Shown: positions 37,027 to 47,721, counted from the stretch's first letter. The stretch is 64,000 bases of DNA from Nanobdellota archaeon (GCA_014240455.1 JAAZWY010000001.1:87924-151923); one strand, 5' to 3'. Program-made: numbers and translations. Notes: generated from the letters alone by a model not told the origin.

Positions 37027-37395
37027 ATGGCGAAAAGTGAAAAGCAAAAGAAGAGAGATCAAGGAATATTTTTTGGTCTACTTGAAATTATTGATTTCAT
37101 GATGAATTTTTTGCCTGGAAAGGCTTTGACTGCTTTACTTATTGTGGGCGCAGTTGGTGGTACAGTTGGTTATGGAGCAGGATTTGATTCAGGAGTTAGT
37201 TCAGTAGATATTCCAGAATGCCCAAGTTGTCCTGAACCAATTCCCTGTCCTGAAGCTGAACCTTGTCCAGATTGTAAGGAACTTGATGAATATACTGATC
37301 AAGAATTGATTGATGCATTAAAGCCGCGTTGGAAATGTTATGAAGTTGATGAAGTGGAGTCTGATGATGCAACAGATGGCGGAAGCGGATATTAA
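37027..37395 (+). CDS. Membrane-anchored Cys/Pro-rich protein (ECPSCPEPIPCPEAEPCPDCKE)
   Basis: One TM then CP-rich acidic ectodomain. Confidence 0.45.
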   Translation: MAKSEKQKKRDQGIFFGLLEIIDFMMNFLPGKALTALLIVGAVGGTVGYGAGFDSGVSSVDIPECPSCPEPIPCPEAEPCPDCKELDEYTDQELIDALKPRWKCYEVDEVESDDATDGGSGY

Positions 37396-37426
37396 TCTCT
37401 AAGTCATTTAGTTTTGTTTTTAAAGT

Positions 37427-37711
37427 TTGGCCCTTATTCGCAATATGTTGTACAGAGTTAAGCACTCGAGTATGGAACCTCGACTTTACGCCGGAGATCT
37501 TATTTTTGTTTTAAATTTTTTCAAATTAAAGGAAGGTAAATTAGTTGTTGCTAAACATAAAGGTTCTTTCAAAATTAAACGTATTCACAAAATTAAAGGT
37601 GATAAAATTTTCTTAAAAGGTGATAATGAACACCCCGATAAGGATGTGTCCATTACCAAAACAGAAGTTGTCGGACGAGTTTTCACTCTACCGAAACTAT
37701 TCCGTTCATAA
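37427..37711 (+). CDS. Minimal S24/S26 (signal-peptidase/LexA-like) peptidase-fold protein lacking TM
   Basis: SMEP (Ser box), GD, K (KIKRIHKIKGD), KGDNEHPD box-D/E-like motifs in 94 aa. Confidence 0.45.
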   Translation: MALIRNMLYRVKHSSMEPRLYAGDLIFVLNFFKLKEGKLVVAKHKGSFKIKRIHKIKGDKIFLKGDNEHPDKDVSITKTEVVGRVFTLPKLFRS

Positions 37712-37904
37712 CCGCCTCGAGATATTTTACAGGTTTGATGTCAGTCATAGTTGTTCTATGAATTACCCATTTACCATCTTTACTCTTAGTAACTCGAGAT
37801 TCGATTATTGGCTGCCGAAGCAACTGTTCGATTTTCTTTTCACTAAGTTCCATATAGAAGTAAGGTAGAAATTCAATATAATTAGCAAGGGACAAATTTA
37901 CCAC
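37683..37904 (-). CDS. Hypothetical small protein
   Basis: ORF only; overlaps neighbours slightly. Confidence 0.25.
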   Translation of the reverse strand: MVNLSLANYIEFLPYFYMELSEKKIEQLLRQPIIESRVTKSKDGKWVIHRTTMTDIKPVKYLEAVMNGIVSVE

Positions 37905-38803
37905 TTATTGTTTTTGAGATAACTCCAAATTGTTTCGGCTGCAACTGAACCTTCCGCGGCACTAGTAATAAATTGTTTTAGTGTGTGCCGAGTTGTAATA
38001 TCGCCCGCTGCACAGAAACCTTTGATGTTGGTTTTCTGAGTATTGTCAACTGGAATAAATCCATGTGAGTTTATTTTTACTTTAACTCCTTTTGCTAAAT
38101 TGTTTAGCGGAATGTGACCGATTTCAATGAATGCTGCATCAACTTCAAGTTTTCTACCATTTTTTAATTTAATTCCTTGAAGAGTTTTTTCTCCGTAGAA
38201 TTCTATAGCTTCATTTTCAAACATGATTTTAATTTTCTTGTTAGCTTTCATTTGATCCTGCGTAATTGGCTCTGCTCGCATGAATGTTTTTCGAACTAAA
38301 GTGTAAACTTGTTTTCCATATTCTGAAAGGAATAAACTTCCAAGTCCGGCAGCATCTCCTCCACCAATAACTGCAATAGTCTTTTTTGCATAAATTGGAC
38401 CGTCGCAAGTGTAACAATAATGAACTCCTTTTCCTGCAAATTCTTTTTCACCTGGAATTCCAAGTTCTCTATGTTTCATTCCAAGTGCGTAAATAATTGT
38501 TTTTCCGTGATAAGTTTTGTCAGCCTTTACTGAGAAAGAACCATCTGACATTTTGGAAATCTTTGTAACTTCTTCTTCAATTTTTGGAACTTTATATTCA
38601 TCGAGATGTTTTATGAATTTGTTCATCAAATCCATTCCACTTATTCCGGGTTCTCCAATCCAATTGTCAACTTTGTGAGCAATATTTCCAGTTCCGCCAA
38701 ATTCTTTTGCTATGATTAGAGTCTTCAAATTATAACGTGCAGAATAAAGTGCAGCGCCGAGTCCTGCTGCACCGCCACCAATGATAATTACGTCATATTT
38801 CAT
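37898..38803 (-). CDS. trxB: Thioredoxin reductase
   Basis: FAD motif GGGAAG, redox CYTCDG, NADPH motif GGGDAA. Confidence 0.85.
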   Translation of the reverse strand: MKYDVIIIGGGAAGLGAALYSARYNLKTLIIAKEFGGTGNIAHKVDNWIGEPGISGMDLMNKFIKHLDEYKVPKIEEEVTKISKMSDGSFSVKADKTYHGKTIIYALGMKHRELGIPGEKEFAGKGVHYCYTCDGPIYAKKTIAVIGGGDAAGLGSLFLSEYGKQVYTLVRKTFMRAEPITQDQMKANKKIKIMFENEAIEFYGEKTLQGIKLKNGRKLEVDAAFIEIGHIPLNNLAKGVKVKINSHGFIPVDNTQKTNIKGFCAAGDITTRHTLKQFITSAAEGSVAAETIWSYLKNNKW

Positions 38804-38843
38804 TATGAGTTGTTGCGGTTTGAATTTATAATAGTTTCTTGAA

Positions 38844-40598
38844 TTATTTTGTCAGTTCTTTAAGTTCAGAAATTCGATCTCTAATTGTATCAAATCCACC
38901 TTGCCAGAAAGATTGTTTTGTAATATCTACTCCGATAGATTTCAATAGTTTAACTGAGTCTTGTGATCCTCCGGCTGCTAAAATCTTTTCAATCTTTGGT
39001 ATGAAAGACTTACCCTCTTTTTTGTATTTTGCATAAAGAGACATTGATAATAATTCTCCAAAGGCATAGGAGTAAGTGTAGAATGGTGATCTGAATAAAT
39101 GAGGAATATAGGCCCATTCATATTTGAATTCCTCAGAAATAGTTAATGAATTTCCAAACTGTTCTTTCAGTGTTTTGAAATAAATCTCTGAAACTTGTTC
39201 ATGAGTTAGACCATCTTTAACTTTACTGTATATTTCCTGTTCAAATTTAACAAAGAATATTTGTCTAATTATTGTAGCATAAGCTCCGCCGATTTTATCA
39301 GATAACATTGAAATTCTTTCAGACTTGTTTGCCGATTCCAGAAGTTTATCAAATAGAATATTTTCTCCTAACGTGGATGCAGTTTCGGCGAGTGTCAAAC
39401 CCGGATGAGCTACACTTGGATAATTACCTTTTGTGTATAGATCATGAATTCCGTGACCGAGTTCGTGAGCCATTGTTTCAACATCACGGTAAGTGTCATC
39501 ATGATTTAACATAATGTAAGGTGTTAGATTTGGAGATGCCAATAATGCGAAAGCGCCAGTTCGTTTGTTTTTTCTTGGATGTGAGTCAACATGTCCCATC
39601 TCAAAAATCTTATTTGCTTTTTCAAAGAAAGGAAGATGAAATTCTTTGTATGTATCTAAGACTAATTTTTTAGATTCATCAAATGAATATTTCTTGTTTA
39701 TCTTTTTTACAGGTGCATAAATATCATATCGTCTTAATTTTTTTAACCCAATAATTTTTGCTTTTAACTTAAAGTATTCATGAAAAATATTTGCGTTTTT
39801 TACTGAAGTGTCAATAACTGTTTGTACAACTTTATCAGGAACATCATTTGAAATATTTCTAACTTGTATCGGTGAGTCATATCTCCGAAGCTCAGCCATA
39901 TTTATCCAGTTTGTTGAGATTGCGGTGTAAATTGAATGAAGTTTCTCAATATTATTTTCATAAGGTTCAAAGAGTGATTTGTATGCCTTTTCTCTGTCAC
40001 TTGCACTTGCACTGTAAATATATTTTTTTAATAATTCCACACTATCAAAAGTTTTATTTCTAAACTTGAATTTGAAATCATTTGTGATTAGATCATATAA
40101 TTCTCCAACGATAGAAATTCCTGTTGAATCTTTTCTGATTGCTAATTTTTCCTCTTTTTCCGATAATGAATGTTTTGCAAGATCTCGGGATTTAGTAAAT
40201 GATACTTCCAGATTTGGAATTGTTTTGAAAAGTCTTTTTGCGTTTTTATCATCAAGTCGAGTTAGTCCGGGAACTTCGAGCCCGTCAAACCATCTTCCTA
40301 AAAATAGTAATTCATCAGTTGCCTTAATTCCAAGTTTATTCAATTTAGCTTCCCAAATTTTCAGATGTTTTTCTTTTGCGTTTTCTGATTGTTTCAAACT
40401 AAGAAAACTTCCAATGATGTCAGATTTTTCATCAAGATGTTCTGAAAGTTCAACAATTTCCTTAAAAGTTTTTTCAGACATTGAAGGTTTCAAATTTTTC
40501 TTATAAGACTTTAATTTAGAAATTTGTGATTCAAGATATTTTACTCCTTTATCAAAATCCTTTTCTTTAATTAGATGATCCAAATTCCATCGAAGCAT
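38844..40598 (-). CDS. pepF: Oligoendopeptidase F (M3B)
   Basis: HELGHGIH zinc motif, about 584 aa. Confidence 0.8.
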   Translation of the reverse strand: MLRWNLDHLIKEKDFDKGVKYLESQISKLKSYKKNLKPSMSEKTFKEIVELSEHLDEKSDIIGSFLSLKQSENAKEKHLKIWEAKLNKLGIKATDELLFLGRWFDGLEVPGLTRLDDKNAKRLFKTIPNLEVSFTKSRDLAKHSLSEKEEKLAIRKDSTGISIVGELYDLITNDFKFKFRNKTFDSVELLKKYIYSASASDREKAYKSLFEPYENNIEKLHSIYTAISTNWINMAELRRYDSPIQVRNISNDVPDKVVQTVIDTSVKNANIFHEYFKLKAKIIGLKKLRRYDIYAPVKKINKKYSFDESKKLVLDTYKEFHLPFFEKANKIFEMGHVDSHPRKNKRTGAFALLASPNLTPYIMLNHDDTYRDVETMAHELGHGIHDLYTKGNYPSVAHPGLTLAETASTLGENILFDKLLESANKSERISMLSDKIGGAYATIIRQIFFVKFEQEIYSKVKDGLTHEQVSEIYFKTLKEQFGNSLTISEEFKYEWAYIPHLFRSPFYTYSYAFGELLSMSLYAKYKKEGKSFIPKIEKILAAGGSQDSVKLLKSIGVDITKQSFWQGGFDTIRDRISELKELTK

Positions 40599-40621
40599 AC
40601 TCCTCCAGGTGAGTGAAAGTT

Positions 40622-41866
40622 TTAAACTCTTCCTCTAAGTTTCATTGCGTCTGCTACTTTTTTGACTGCAACCATGTATGCTGCTTGTCTCATATTTATT
40701 TTGTGTTCAGTTTCGAATGTGTCAAGAACAGTATGAAATGCGTTGGTTAGAACTTCGTCAAGTTGATCATTGTATTTTTTCAAAGTCCAATGCTCTCCGG
40801 AATTGTTTTGAGCCCATTCGAAATAGCTTCCAACAACTCCTCCAGCGTTACATAAGAAATCTGGAATTATGAATACACTATCTTTGTATAGAATATCGTC
40901 AGCTTGAACAGTGGTTGGACCGTTAGCGCCTTCAGCAATAATTTTTGCTTGAATGTTATGTGCGTTGGATTTTGTGATTACGTTTTCTAATGCTGCAGGA
41001 ACTAAGATGTCACATTTTTGTTCTAATAACTGATTATTAGTTAGTGCCTTTGCATTCGGGAAATCTTTGAGAGTTGTGTGTTCATTTTTGTATTTCAATG
41101 CGTCTTCGTATTTGATTCCACGAGAATTGAATATTGCCCCACTTGAGTCAGAGTATCCAATAATTTTTACGCCAAGTTTTTCAAAATGTTTTGCTGCATA
41201 TTTTCCAACGTTTCCAAAACCTTGAATTATTGCAGTTGCTTTTTTAGGATTAATTTTTAGATGTTTCATCGCTTCGCGAGTTGTAATTACCACTCCAAGT
41301 CCAGTTGCTTCAGTTCGACCTTCGTGTCCACCAAGTTCAACTGGTTTTCCAGTAAAAGCTCCAGGTGCAGATTGTTTTGTTTTTTTCTCGTAAGCTTCCA
41401 ACATCCATGCCATAGTTTGAGAATTAGTATAAACATCTGGTGCAGGAATATCTTTCCAAGGTCCAAGGTCTTTTGCTAATTTTTTGGCATAAGCCTGACT
41501 TATTTTTTTGAGTTCATTTTCAGAAAGTTCTTTTGGATTACAAATTACTCCGCCTTTCCCTCCGCCAAGAGGTAAACCAGTCAATGCACATTTCCAAGTC
41601 ATCCATGCGGAAAGAGCTCGAACTGTATCGGCAGTTTCATCTGGGTGAAATCTTATTCCACCTTTGTAAGGTCCTAGAGCATTATTGTATTGAGAACGGA
41701 AGGCAGGAAAACTTTTGATTCCTCCCTTGTCTCCACGGATTCGAATAGTAAATTGGATAAAATTCTGAGGATATCTTAGACTCTTTCTTAACTCTTTGTC
41801 TAGATTGAGCTGGTTCGCTACCCAATCGAACTGCTTTTGTGCTTGAATGAAAGGATTTACTGACAT
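40622..41866 (-). CDS. gdhA: Glutamate dehydrogenase
   Basis: GGGKGG, Lys-rich catalytic region, C-terminal NAD(P) domain GFGNVG. Confidence 0.9.
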   Translation of the reverse strand: MSVNPFIQAQKQFDWVANQLNLDKELRKSLRYPQNFIQFTIRIRGDKGGIKSFPAFRSQYNNALGPYKGGIRFHPDETADTVRALSAWMTWKCALTGLPLGGGKGGVICNPKELSENELKKISQAYAKKLAKDLGPWKDIPAPDVYTNSQTMAWMLEAYEKKTKQSAPGAFTGKPVELGGHEGRTEATGLGVVITTREAMKHLKINPKKATAIIQGFGNVGKYAAKHFEKLGVKIIGYSDSSGAIFNSRGIKYEDALKYKNEHTTLKDFPNAKALTNNQLLEQKCDILVPAALENVITKSNAHNIQAKIIAEGANGPTTVQADDILYKDSVFIIPDFLCNAGGVVGSYFEWAQNNSGEHWTLKKYNDQLDEVLTNAFHTVLDTFETEHKINMRQAAYMVAVKKVADAMKLRGRV

Positions 41867-41868
41867 GA

Positions 41869-42108
41869 TTATAATTTGAGTGCTTTCTTAATTCGCTCTT
41901 TATTGAAACCAATTATTACTGAGTCACCAACCACAATTACTGGAACGCCCATTTGACCTGATTTTTCTAATAACTCGTTTGCCAATTTTGGCTCCTCTTG
42001 AACATTTTTTTCTTTGTATGAAATTTTATTTTCTTTAAAGAATTCTTTAGCCTTTATACACCAAGGACATATATTGGTTGTGTAGATTGTAACTTTTTTG
42101 TCTGCCAT
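41869..42108 (-). CDS. Glutaredoxin-like protein
   Basis: CPWC active site, GVPVI motif. Confidence 0.75.
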   Translation of the reverse strand: MADKKVTIYTTNICPWCIKAKEFFKENKISYKEKNVQEEPKLANELLEKSGQMGVPVIVVGDSVIIGFNKERIKKALKL

Positions 42109-42138
42109 TATGATTGATGTAGAAGTTCATTAATAAAT

Positions 42139-43077
42139 TTATTGTCGCTTGAATTCATATTCCGGTGATTCTCTAATCAATTTTTCAGTGACTTGGAATA
42201 TTTTCTTGAAATAGGATTTTCTGAAGGTTGAAGTGTCTCGTAGATTTTTTATTGAGTAATTTATCACTGGTGCCATTTCTTTTGACAAATGTTTCATCTT
42301 TAGTTCATAGTTTGCAGAAATATAATTCAACATGGCTCTTGTTGCACGATTTTTATCTTTCAAATACCAGCGTTCGAAAGGTATGATCACTGGCATTAAA
42401 CCAAGAATATAATTTATTGAGGAATAAATATCTTTTCCAACTTTTCTACGAATTTTTTTGTGTCCACTTTTAACGTAATTTACGCTTGACAAGGTCTTTC
42501 CTTTTATGACGTAATAGTTTGAATAATCTGCTAGAATTCCATCACCCAAACCTAACTTAATTATTTCATCATTTGCGTATAGGTCTTTCAAAACAAAATT
42601 TGCTTGTCTACCGACCTCTGCGAAGATTTGATCAACATGTGTCTTATCCATATGCATATACAAATTTTTTACTTTTGGTACAAATTCTTTGTATGCACGA
42701 ATGGCATCTGCTCGAACCTTTCGGTCTAGTCCTCTTCGTCGTTGAACTACATGCATTAACTCATGAGACATAACGCCTTGTAATGCTTTGGAATTTGTTC
42801 TTAGATATTTTTCAGTTGTTGAACTTATACTTATGATTATTAAGTCAAATTTTCCTGCAGTTATAGACATTGAAGTTGGATCTTCAAAATAAGTTTCTCG
42901 AAACTCTTTTCTCAATTTTACAGGAATCCGTTTTTCGATTTCTCTGAAATATTTTGGATCGTCAATAACTAAGAGTTCTTCAATATTTCCAGGAATTCTC
43001 CATTTTAGATATATGTCAAACAGTGCTGCTTTTACGAACTCAGGCCGAATATTACCACGGATAGTTAAGTTGAGCAT
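42139..43077 (-). CDS. Putative zinc-dependent protease (HExxH, HELMHVVQ)
   Basis: Single HExxH motif; no further family resolution. Confidence 0.45.
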   Translation of the reverse strand: MLNLTIRGNIRPEFVKAALFDIYLKWRIPGNIEELLVIDDPKYFREIEKRIPVKLRKEFRETYFEDPTSMSITAGKFDLIIISISSTTEKYLRTNSKALQGVMSHELMHVVQRRRGLDRKVRADAIRAYKEFVPKVKNLYMHMDKTHVDQIFAEVGRQANFVLKDLYANDEIIKLGLGDGILADYSNYYVIKGKTLSSVNYVKSGHKKIRRKVGKDIYSSINYILGLMPVIIPFERWYLKDKNRATRAMLNYISANYELKMKHLSKEMAPVINYSIKNLRDTSTFRKSYFKKIFQVTEKLIRESPEYEFKRQ

Positions 43078-43161
43078 AGAGTTAATGTGTATGATTTAAT
43101 AAATAATTTTGTTCTCACTTAGCAATGGGAACTTATATATATTTTACTCCACACGCAATGT

Positions 43162-44352
43162 ATGTCTTTTCATGAAGCTCAGAATTATATTGCCGGAAAA
43201 CTTTCCAAGCAAAGTGGCGATTTTGCTCTAATTTCAGAGGCCGGAAAGGATGTTATCTTGAAATTTAAAGATACCAAAGTTACTTCAAGAAGAAGTTCTC
43301 GAGATTCTTTACGAGCAGTTTATAGTCGTGGAGCGAAAATTAAGATTTTAGATTTTAACCTCAAAGGTGACTTAGATGCTCAAATTAAAACGCTGACTAA
43401 GGGATTGAAAAAGGATCCAAACTTTAATGGCACTTTAGAATCTCCAAAATATCGAAAGGTTAGTAATCGTCATGATTCTAATTTGAATGATTTTGATGGA
43501 ACTATTATTTTGAATGATGCAATTGATTTGGCATTCCAGCGTGGTGCTGACAAGATTGATGGCACTTTTACTCATGGAGCCTCAAATATTAGACTTGTAA
43601 CCTCAGGAGGTGCAGACTTTGATTATGATACGTCAAAATTAAGTATGTCTATGCGTGCGTTTGTCAATGATGCTTCAGCCACTAAAGTGATCTCTTCATC
43701 GAATTTAGAAGATTTCAATTATAGGCATAAGATTGACGAGATATTGGATCTTGCTAAACAATCGGTTGGTCCTGAGAAATTTAAACCAGGTGAATATTCT
43801 TTAGTTCTTGATCCTCTTGCATTTTCTTATATTATTAATGAATTTGGTCATGCTCATAAATTCTTGAAACGACGCGTTGGTAAATCGGTTGGGAGCGAAG
43901 GTCTGACAATGTACGATGTCGGAAATCTACGTGGCGGAATGGGTTCTGCTCCGTTTGATGGTTATGGTCATCCAACTCGAGCCACTGAAATAATTTCTTC
44001 GGGAGTTTTGAAAAATGTAGTACATAATCCTTTGAATTTTGTTGTACCGATTGGAAAGCGTTCCCGAGCTAAAATTATTTCCGGAATTGATAAAGGTTTA
44101 TTGATTACTAATTTTAGGAATACAAAGCGAACTAAAGGTAAATTAGATTTAAAATCAAAAGATGCTGCATTTGTTATTGACAAAGGTCATGTGATTGGTT
44201 CAGTTAGACAAGTTAAGATTTCTGACGATATGCTGAAAATTTTGTCAGGATTTTCAGACAGCTCCAATACAAAAGAGCGAATACTTAATCCGGCAGTTCC
44301 AACTGCAGTTGAGCTTCCTACGGTCAGAATTGACGGTTTGAAAGTCGCATAA
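43162..44352 (+). CDS. TldD/PmbA family metalloprotease-like protein
   Basis: C-terminal GSAPFDGYGHPTRATEIISSGVL resembles TldD/PmbA conserved block. Confidence 0.55.
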   Translation: MSFHEAQNYIAGKLSKQSGDFALISEAGKDVILKFKDTKVTSRRSSRDSLRAVYSRGAKIKILDFNLKGDLDAQIKTLTKGLKKDPNFNGTLESPKYRKVSNRHDSNLNDFDGTIILNDAIDLAFQRGADKIDGTFTHGASNIRLVTSGGADFDYDTSKLSMSMRAFVNDASATKVISSSNLEDFNYRHKIDEILDLAKQSVGPEKFKPGEYSLVLDPLAFSYIINEFGHAHKFLKRRVGKSVGSEGLTMYDVGNLRGGMGSAPFDGYGHPTRATEIISSGVLKNVVHNPLNFVVPIGKRSRAKIISGIDKGLLITNFRNTKRTKGKLDLKSKDAAFVIDKGHVIGSVRQVKISDDMLKILSGFSDSSNTKERILNPAVPTAVELPTVRIDGLKVA

Positions 44353-44384
44353 AGATTTATATTCTCTCGAAGTGATGTTAATTT

Positions 44385-45656
44385 ATGTCAGCATTGAAAA
44401 GAGAACTTGGTTTATTTGAAACAACGCTGATGGGTGTTGGGATTATTCTCGGTGCTGGAATTTATGTTTTAATTGGTGCTGCTGCAGGTATTGCAGGAAA
44501 CTCAGTGTGGATGAGTTTCACCATTGCATCCATTGTTGCAATTTTTACTGGATTGAGTTATGCTGAATTCAGTTCTAGATTTTCTGATGACTCGGGAGAA
44601 TATGATTATGTCAAGAGAACGGTTTCAGAAAAATGGGGATTTATAGTCGGATGGATGATGGTCTTTACTTTGTTAATTTCTGCTGCTGCAGTGGCGTTAG
44701 GTTTTGCAGGATATTTTGCCAGATTATTTGCATCTTTAAATTTTGGAATTGTAGCAATTGCCGTAGCAACAATTATTCTTTTTTCATTCATTAGTTATTG
44801 GGGAATTAAGCAGGCAGCGTGGTTGAATATTTTGTTTACGTTCCTTGAGACCTTTGGACTATTATTCATAATTTATATTGGGCTTGGAAAAATTGGATCA
44901 GTAAATTATATGAGTATGCCTACTGGATTTGAAGGAGTTATTTCTGCAGCGGCCTTGGTATTTTTTGCATTTATTGGATTTGAAACAATTGTAAAGTTGG
45001 CGGAGGAAACAAGAAATCCAAAGAAAACTGTTCCTCGAGCAATACTACTTTCAATTTTAATATCTACAGTTATTTACATATTGGTTGCAATTTCTGCAGT
45101 TAGTATATTAAGCTGGGATAAACTTGCTGTTTCAACTGCACCGCTTGCTGATGTTGCCGCAGTTGCGTTGGGAGCTTATGCGTTCTTAGCTTTGTCAATT
45201 ATTGCATTATTTTCAACCGGAAATACTATCCTTATAATTTTGATTGGTGCGTCTCGACAAATATATGGAATCAGTAAGAACTACAAGAAATTAAACAAAC
45301 TATCTAAAGTTTCGACACGGAGAAAGACTCCCCATATTGCAGTAATATTTACTGCAGTAGTTGCGATTTGTTTTAGTTTGATTGGAAATATCGGAACGGT
45401 TGCGGAGATTACAAACTTTGCTGTTTTTGCAACATTTATTTTGATCAACGGAGCATTAATTTTTATGAGACTGAAAGAACGAAAACCCTACACTAAAGGT
45501 TTCAGAGTTCCATTATCAATTAGAAAAATTCCAGTTCCCGCAGTTTTAGGGTTGGTATCTTCACTGTTCTTACTTTTACAATTACCGATGTTTGTAATTT
45601 TGAGCGGTTTTGGATTGCTTGCAAGCGGTGCAGTTGTTCATAAAATAGTTTCTTAA
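44385..45656 (+). CDS. APC-family amino acid permease
   Basis: 12 TM, N-terminal GAGIYVL motif. Confidence 0.8.
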   Translation: MSALKRELGLFETTLMGVGIILGAGIYVLIGAAAGIAGNSVWMSFTIASIVAIFTGLSYAEFSSRFSDDSGEYDYVKRTVSEKWGFIVGWMMVFTLLISAAAVALGFAGYFARLFASLNFGIVAIAVATIILFSFISYWGIKQAAWLNILFTFLETFGLLFIIYIGLGKIGSVNYMSMPTGFEGVISAAALVFFAFIGFETIVKLAEETRNPKKTVPRAILLSILISTVIYILVAISAVSILSWDKLAVSTAPLADVAAVALGAYAFLALSIIALFSTGNTILIILIGASRQIYGISKNYKKLNKLSKVSTRRKTPHIAVIFTAVVAICFSLIGNIGTVAEITNFAVFATFILINGALIFMRLKERKPYTKGFRVPLSIRKIPVPAVLGLVSSLFLLLQLPMFVILSGFGLLASGAVVHKIVS

Positions 45657-46342
45657 AATCCACCCAACATGAAGATTAGAATTATGTACGAAATTGATCC
45701 AAATATGAAGAATAAAATATCTCCTTCCTTTTCCTTTGGAACAACATCAACCATTACATTGTAAAGCAATGCTCCAGCGATGAATGCTAACAATGAGTAG
45801 TGGAGTGTTTGTGGAATTAATAACATTGAAGCGATTATTACTCCAACTAATGTTGAACCCGATAATAACAATCTTAGAAATAATTTCTCTGTTACGTGAT
45901 TGTGTAGATTTGAAAGTGAGACTTGACTTACTAAAGTGTAGAACAAAATTGGGATGAAGAATAAGACTCCGCCAATACTGTTAGCTGCATTTATTGATAC
46001 AAGAGTGATACCAATAATTATGTGATACAATAGAAAGGATCCAGCATGTAAAACTCGGAGATCAAAAATTCTTTTGTCTCTACGATCATGTTGATAAATA
46101 TATTTTTCTATGATGTGAAATGCCATTGCACCAAGAAGAACAAACAGAAATAACGTTCTCTCAAATTCTTGAATTCCCCCATAAAGTTCTGGAAGAAGAT
46201 ATAACAGAAGATAAGCAATTGATAATCCTGCTGCAAATGAACGCAATTCTTTTTGATAGTTTCTATGTTCTGCAACTTTGTCACTAACGAAGTGAGCTAT
46301 ACCAATAATTACTGCATATACTAAATTTATTGGCGCTAACAT
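45653..46342 (-). CDS. Hypothetical integral membrane protein (His-rich loops; possible metal transporter)
   Basis: 6-7 TM, conserved His residues. Confidence 0.4.
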   Translation of the reverse strand: MLAPINLVYAVIIGIAHFVSDKVAEHRNYQKELRSFAAGLSIAYLLLYLLPELYGGIQEFERTLFLFVLLGAMAFHIIEKYIYQHDRRDKRIFDLRVLHAGSFLLYHIIIGITLVSINAANSIGGVLFFIPILFYTLVSQVSLSNLHNHVTEKLFLRLLLSGSTLVGVIIASMLLIPQTLHYSLLAFIAGALLYNVMVDVVPKEKEGDILFFIFGSISYIILIFMLGGF

Positions 46343-46378
46343 GTGAGAAAAGGGTTTTAGAACTATATAAATTTTGAG

Positions 46379-47710
46379 TTAAATCGTTCTTGCAAATTTT
46401 AGAATTTCTTTTTTGAGTATGTTTCCTTTTTCTTTGACTGAATATTCTGCTCTAACGCTCGGAATTTTTAGTTGTAAGAGTTTTGATAAATCAATTGGAG
46501 TTCCAATAATTGCAACATCTGCGCCAGAGTTTTCAATAGTTTTCTTTAAATCCATCAGTTGTTTTGGGAAATATCCCATTGCTGGAATAATTTCTTTTAC
46601 GTTTGGATATTTCTGAAGCGTTCTTTTGATTGAACCAATTGCATGAGGTCTTGGATCAATAATTCTCAGTTTTGCTTTTGTTGCAGCAAGATAACCTGCA
46701 CCGTAAGTCATTCCACCATGGGTTGTTGTTGGTCCATCTTCTACAATTATTGCCTTTGTTCGTGGTTTTATTTTCTGAGTTAATTTTACTAGAGAATCTG
46801 TATGCACAATTTTTGCTTTTGGATTCATTATCTTAATATTTTCAATTGCATTATCTATTTGTTTTTTTGTTGCAGTATTTTCTTTATTTATTACAACAAT
46901 ATCTGCAGTCATTAAATTTGTTAATCCAGGATAATAAAGAAGTTCGTGGTTTTCCCTCAAAGGATCAACAATTGTTATTTGTAAATCTGGTTTGAAAAAT
47001 GAGAAATCGTTGTTTCCTCCATCCCAGAGAATTATTTCTGAACGTGATTCTGCTTCTTTCAAGATCTCAGAATATTCAATTCCTGCTAAAACTGTTCGAC
47101 CCTTTATTAGGTGTTTTTCATATTCTTCCCGTTCTTCAATGGTGGTGTTGTATTTATCCAAGTCTTCAAGAGATTCAAAAATCTGAACTCTTTGCTTTTC
47201 TAAATCTCCATAAGGCATTGGGTGTCTGACAACTGTGTATTTTACACCAATTTTTGTTAAGAAGTCTGCAACATAATCAGTTATTTGTGATTTTCCTGAA
47301 CCCGTTCGAACAGCAGTTACTGAGATTACTGGTTTTCGTGATTTTATTTGCGTTGAGTTTGGGCCCAATAGCATGAAGTCAGTTCCAAGTGCTTGAACTC
47401 CCGCAGCAATTTCCATAACTTTCTGATTTGGTAAGTCGGAATAAGAAAGAGCACATAAATCAACTTTTAGAGATTTTACTAATTCTGGAAGAAGCGATTC
47501 AGAATAAATTGGAATTCCTTGTCCGTAATGTTCTCCAGTTAAAGAATTTGGATACCGCTTATTGTCAATGTTTGGAATTTGAGTTGCAGTAAATGCAACT
47601 ACTCGAAATTTATCATTATTTCTAAAGAAGGTGTTGAAGTTGTGAAAGTCTCGTCCAGCTGCACCGAGTATAATAGTGCGAATAGGTTTCATAATATAAC
47701 TATATTTCAA
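46379..47710 (-). CDS. COG2403-type P-loop protein (family annotated as cyclic 2,3-diphosphoglycerate synthetase-like)
   Basis: LGAAGRDFHNFN N-terminus, P-loop RTGSGKSQ, DGGNND. Confidence 0.5.
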   Translation of the reverse strand: MKYSYIMKPIRTIILGAAGRDFHNFNTFFRNNDKFRVVAFTATQIPNIDNKRYPNSLTGEHYGQGIPIYSESLLPELVKSLKVDLCALSYSDLPNQKVMEIAAGVQALGTDFMLLGPNSTQIKSRKPVISVTAVRTGSGKSQITDYVADFLTKIGVKYTVVRHPMPYGDLEKQRVQIFESLEDLDKYNTTIEEREEYEKHLIKGRTVLAGIEYSEILKEAESRSEIILWDGGNNDFSFFKPDLQITIVDPLRENHELLYYPGLTNLMTADIVVINKENTATKKQIDNAIENIKIMNPKAKIVHTDSLVKLTQKIKPRTKAIIVEDGPTTTHGGMTYGAGYLAATKAKLRIIDPRPHAIGSIKRTLQKYPNVKEIIPAMGYFPKQLMDLKKTIENSGADVAIIGTPIDLSKLLQLKIPSVRAEYSVKEKGNILKKEILKFARTI

Positions 47711-47721
47711 AAGTATAAAAA

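Noticed and set aside
40066-40506. 146-aa + strand ORF
   Set aside because: Antisense within oligoendopeptidase F gene.
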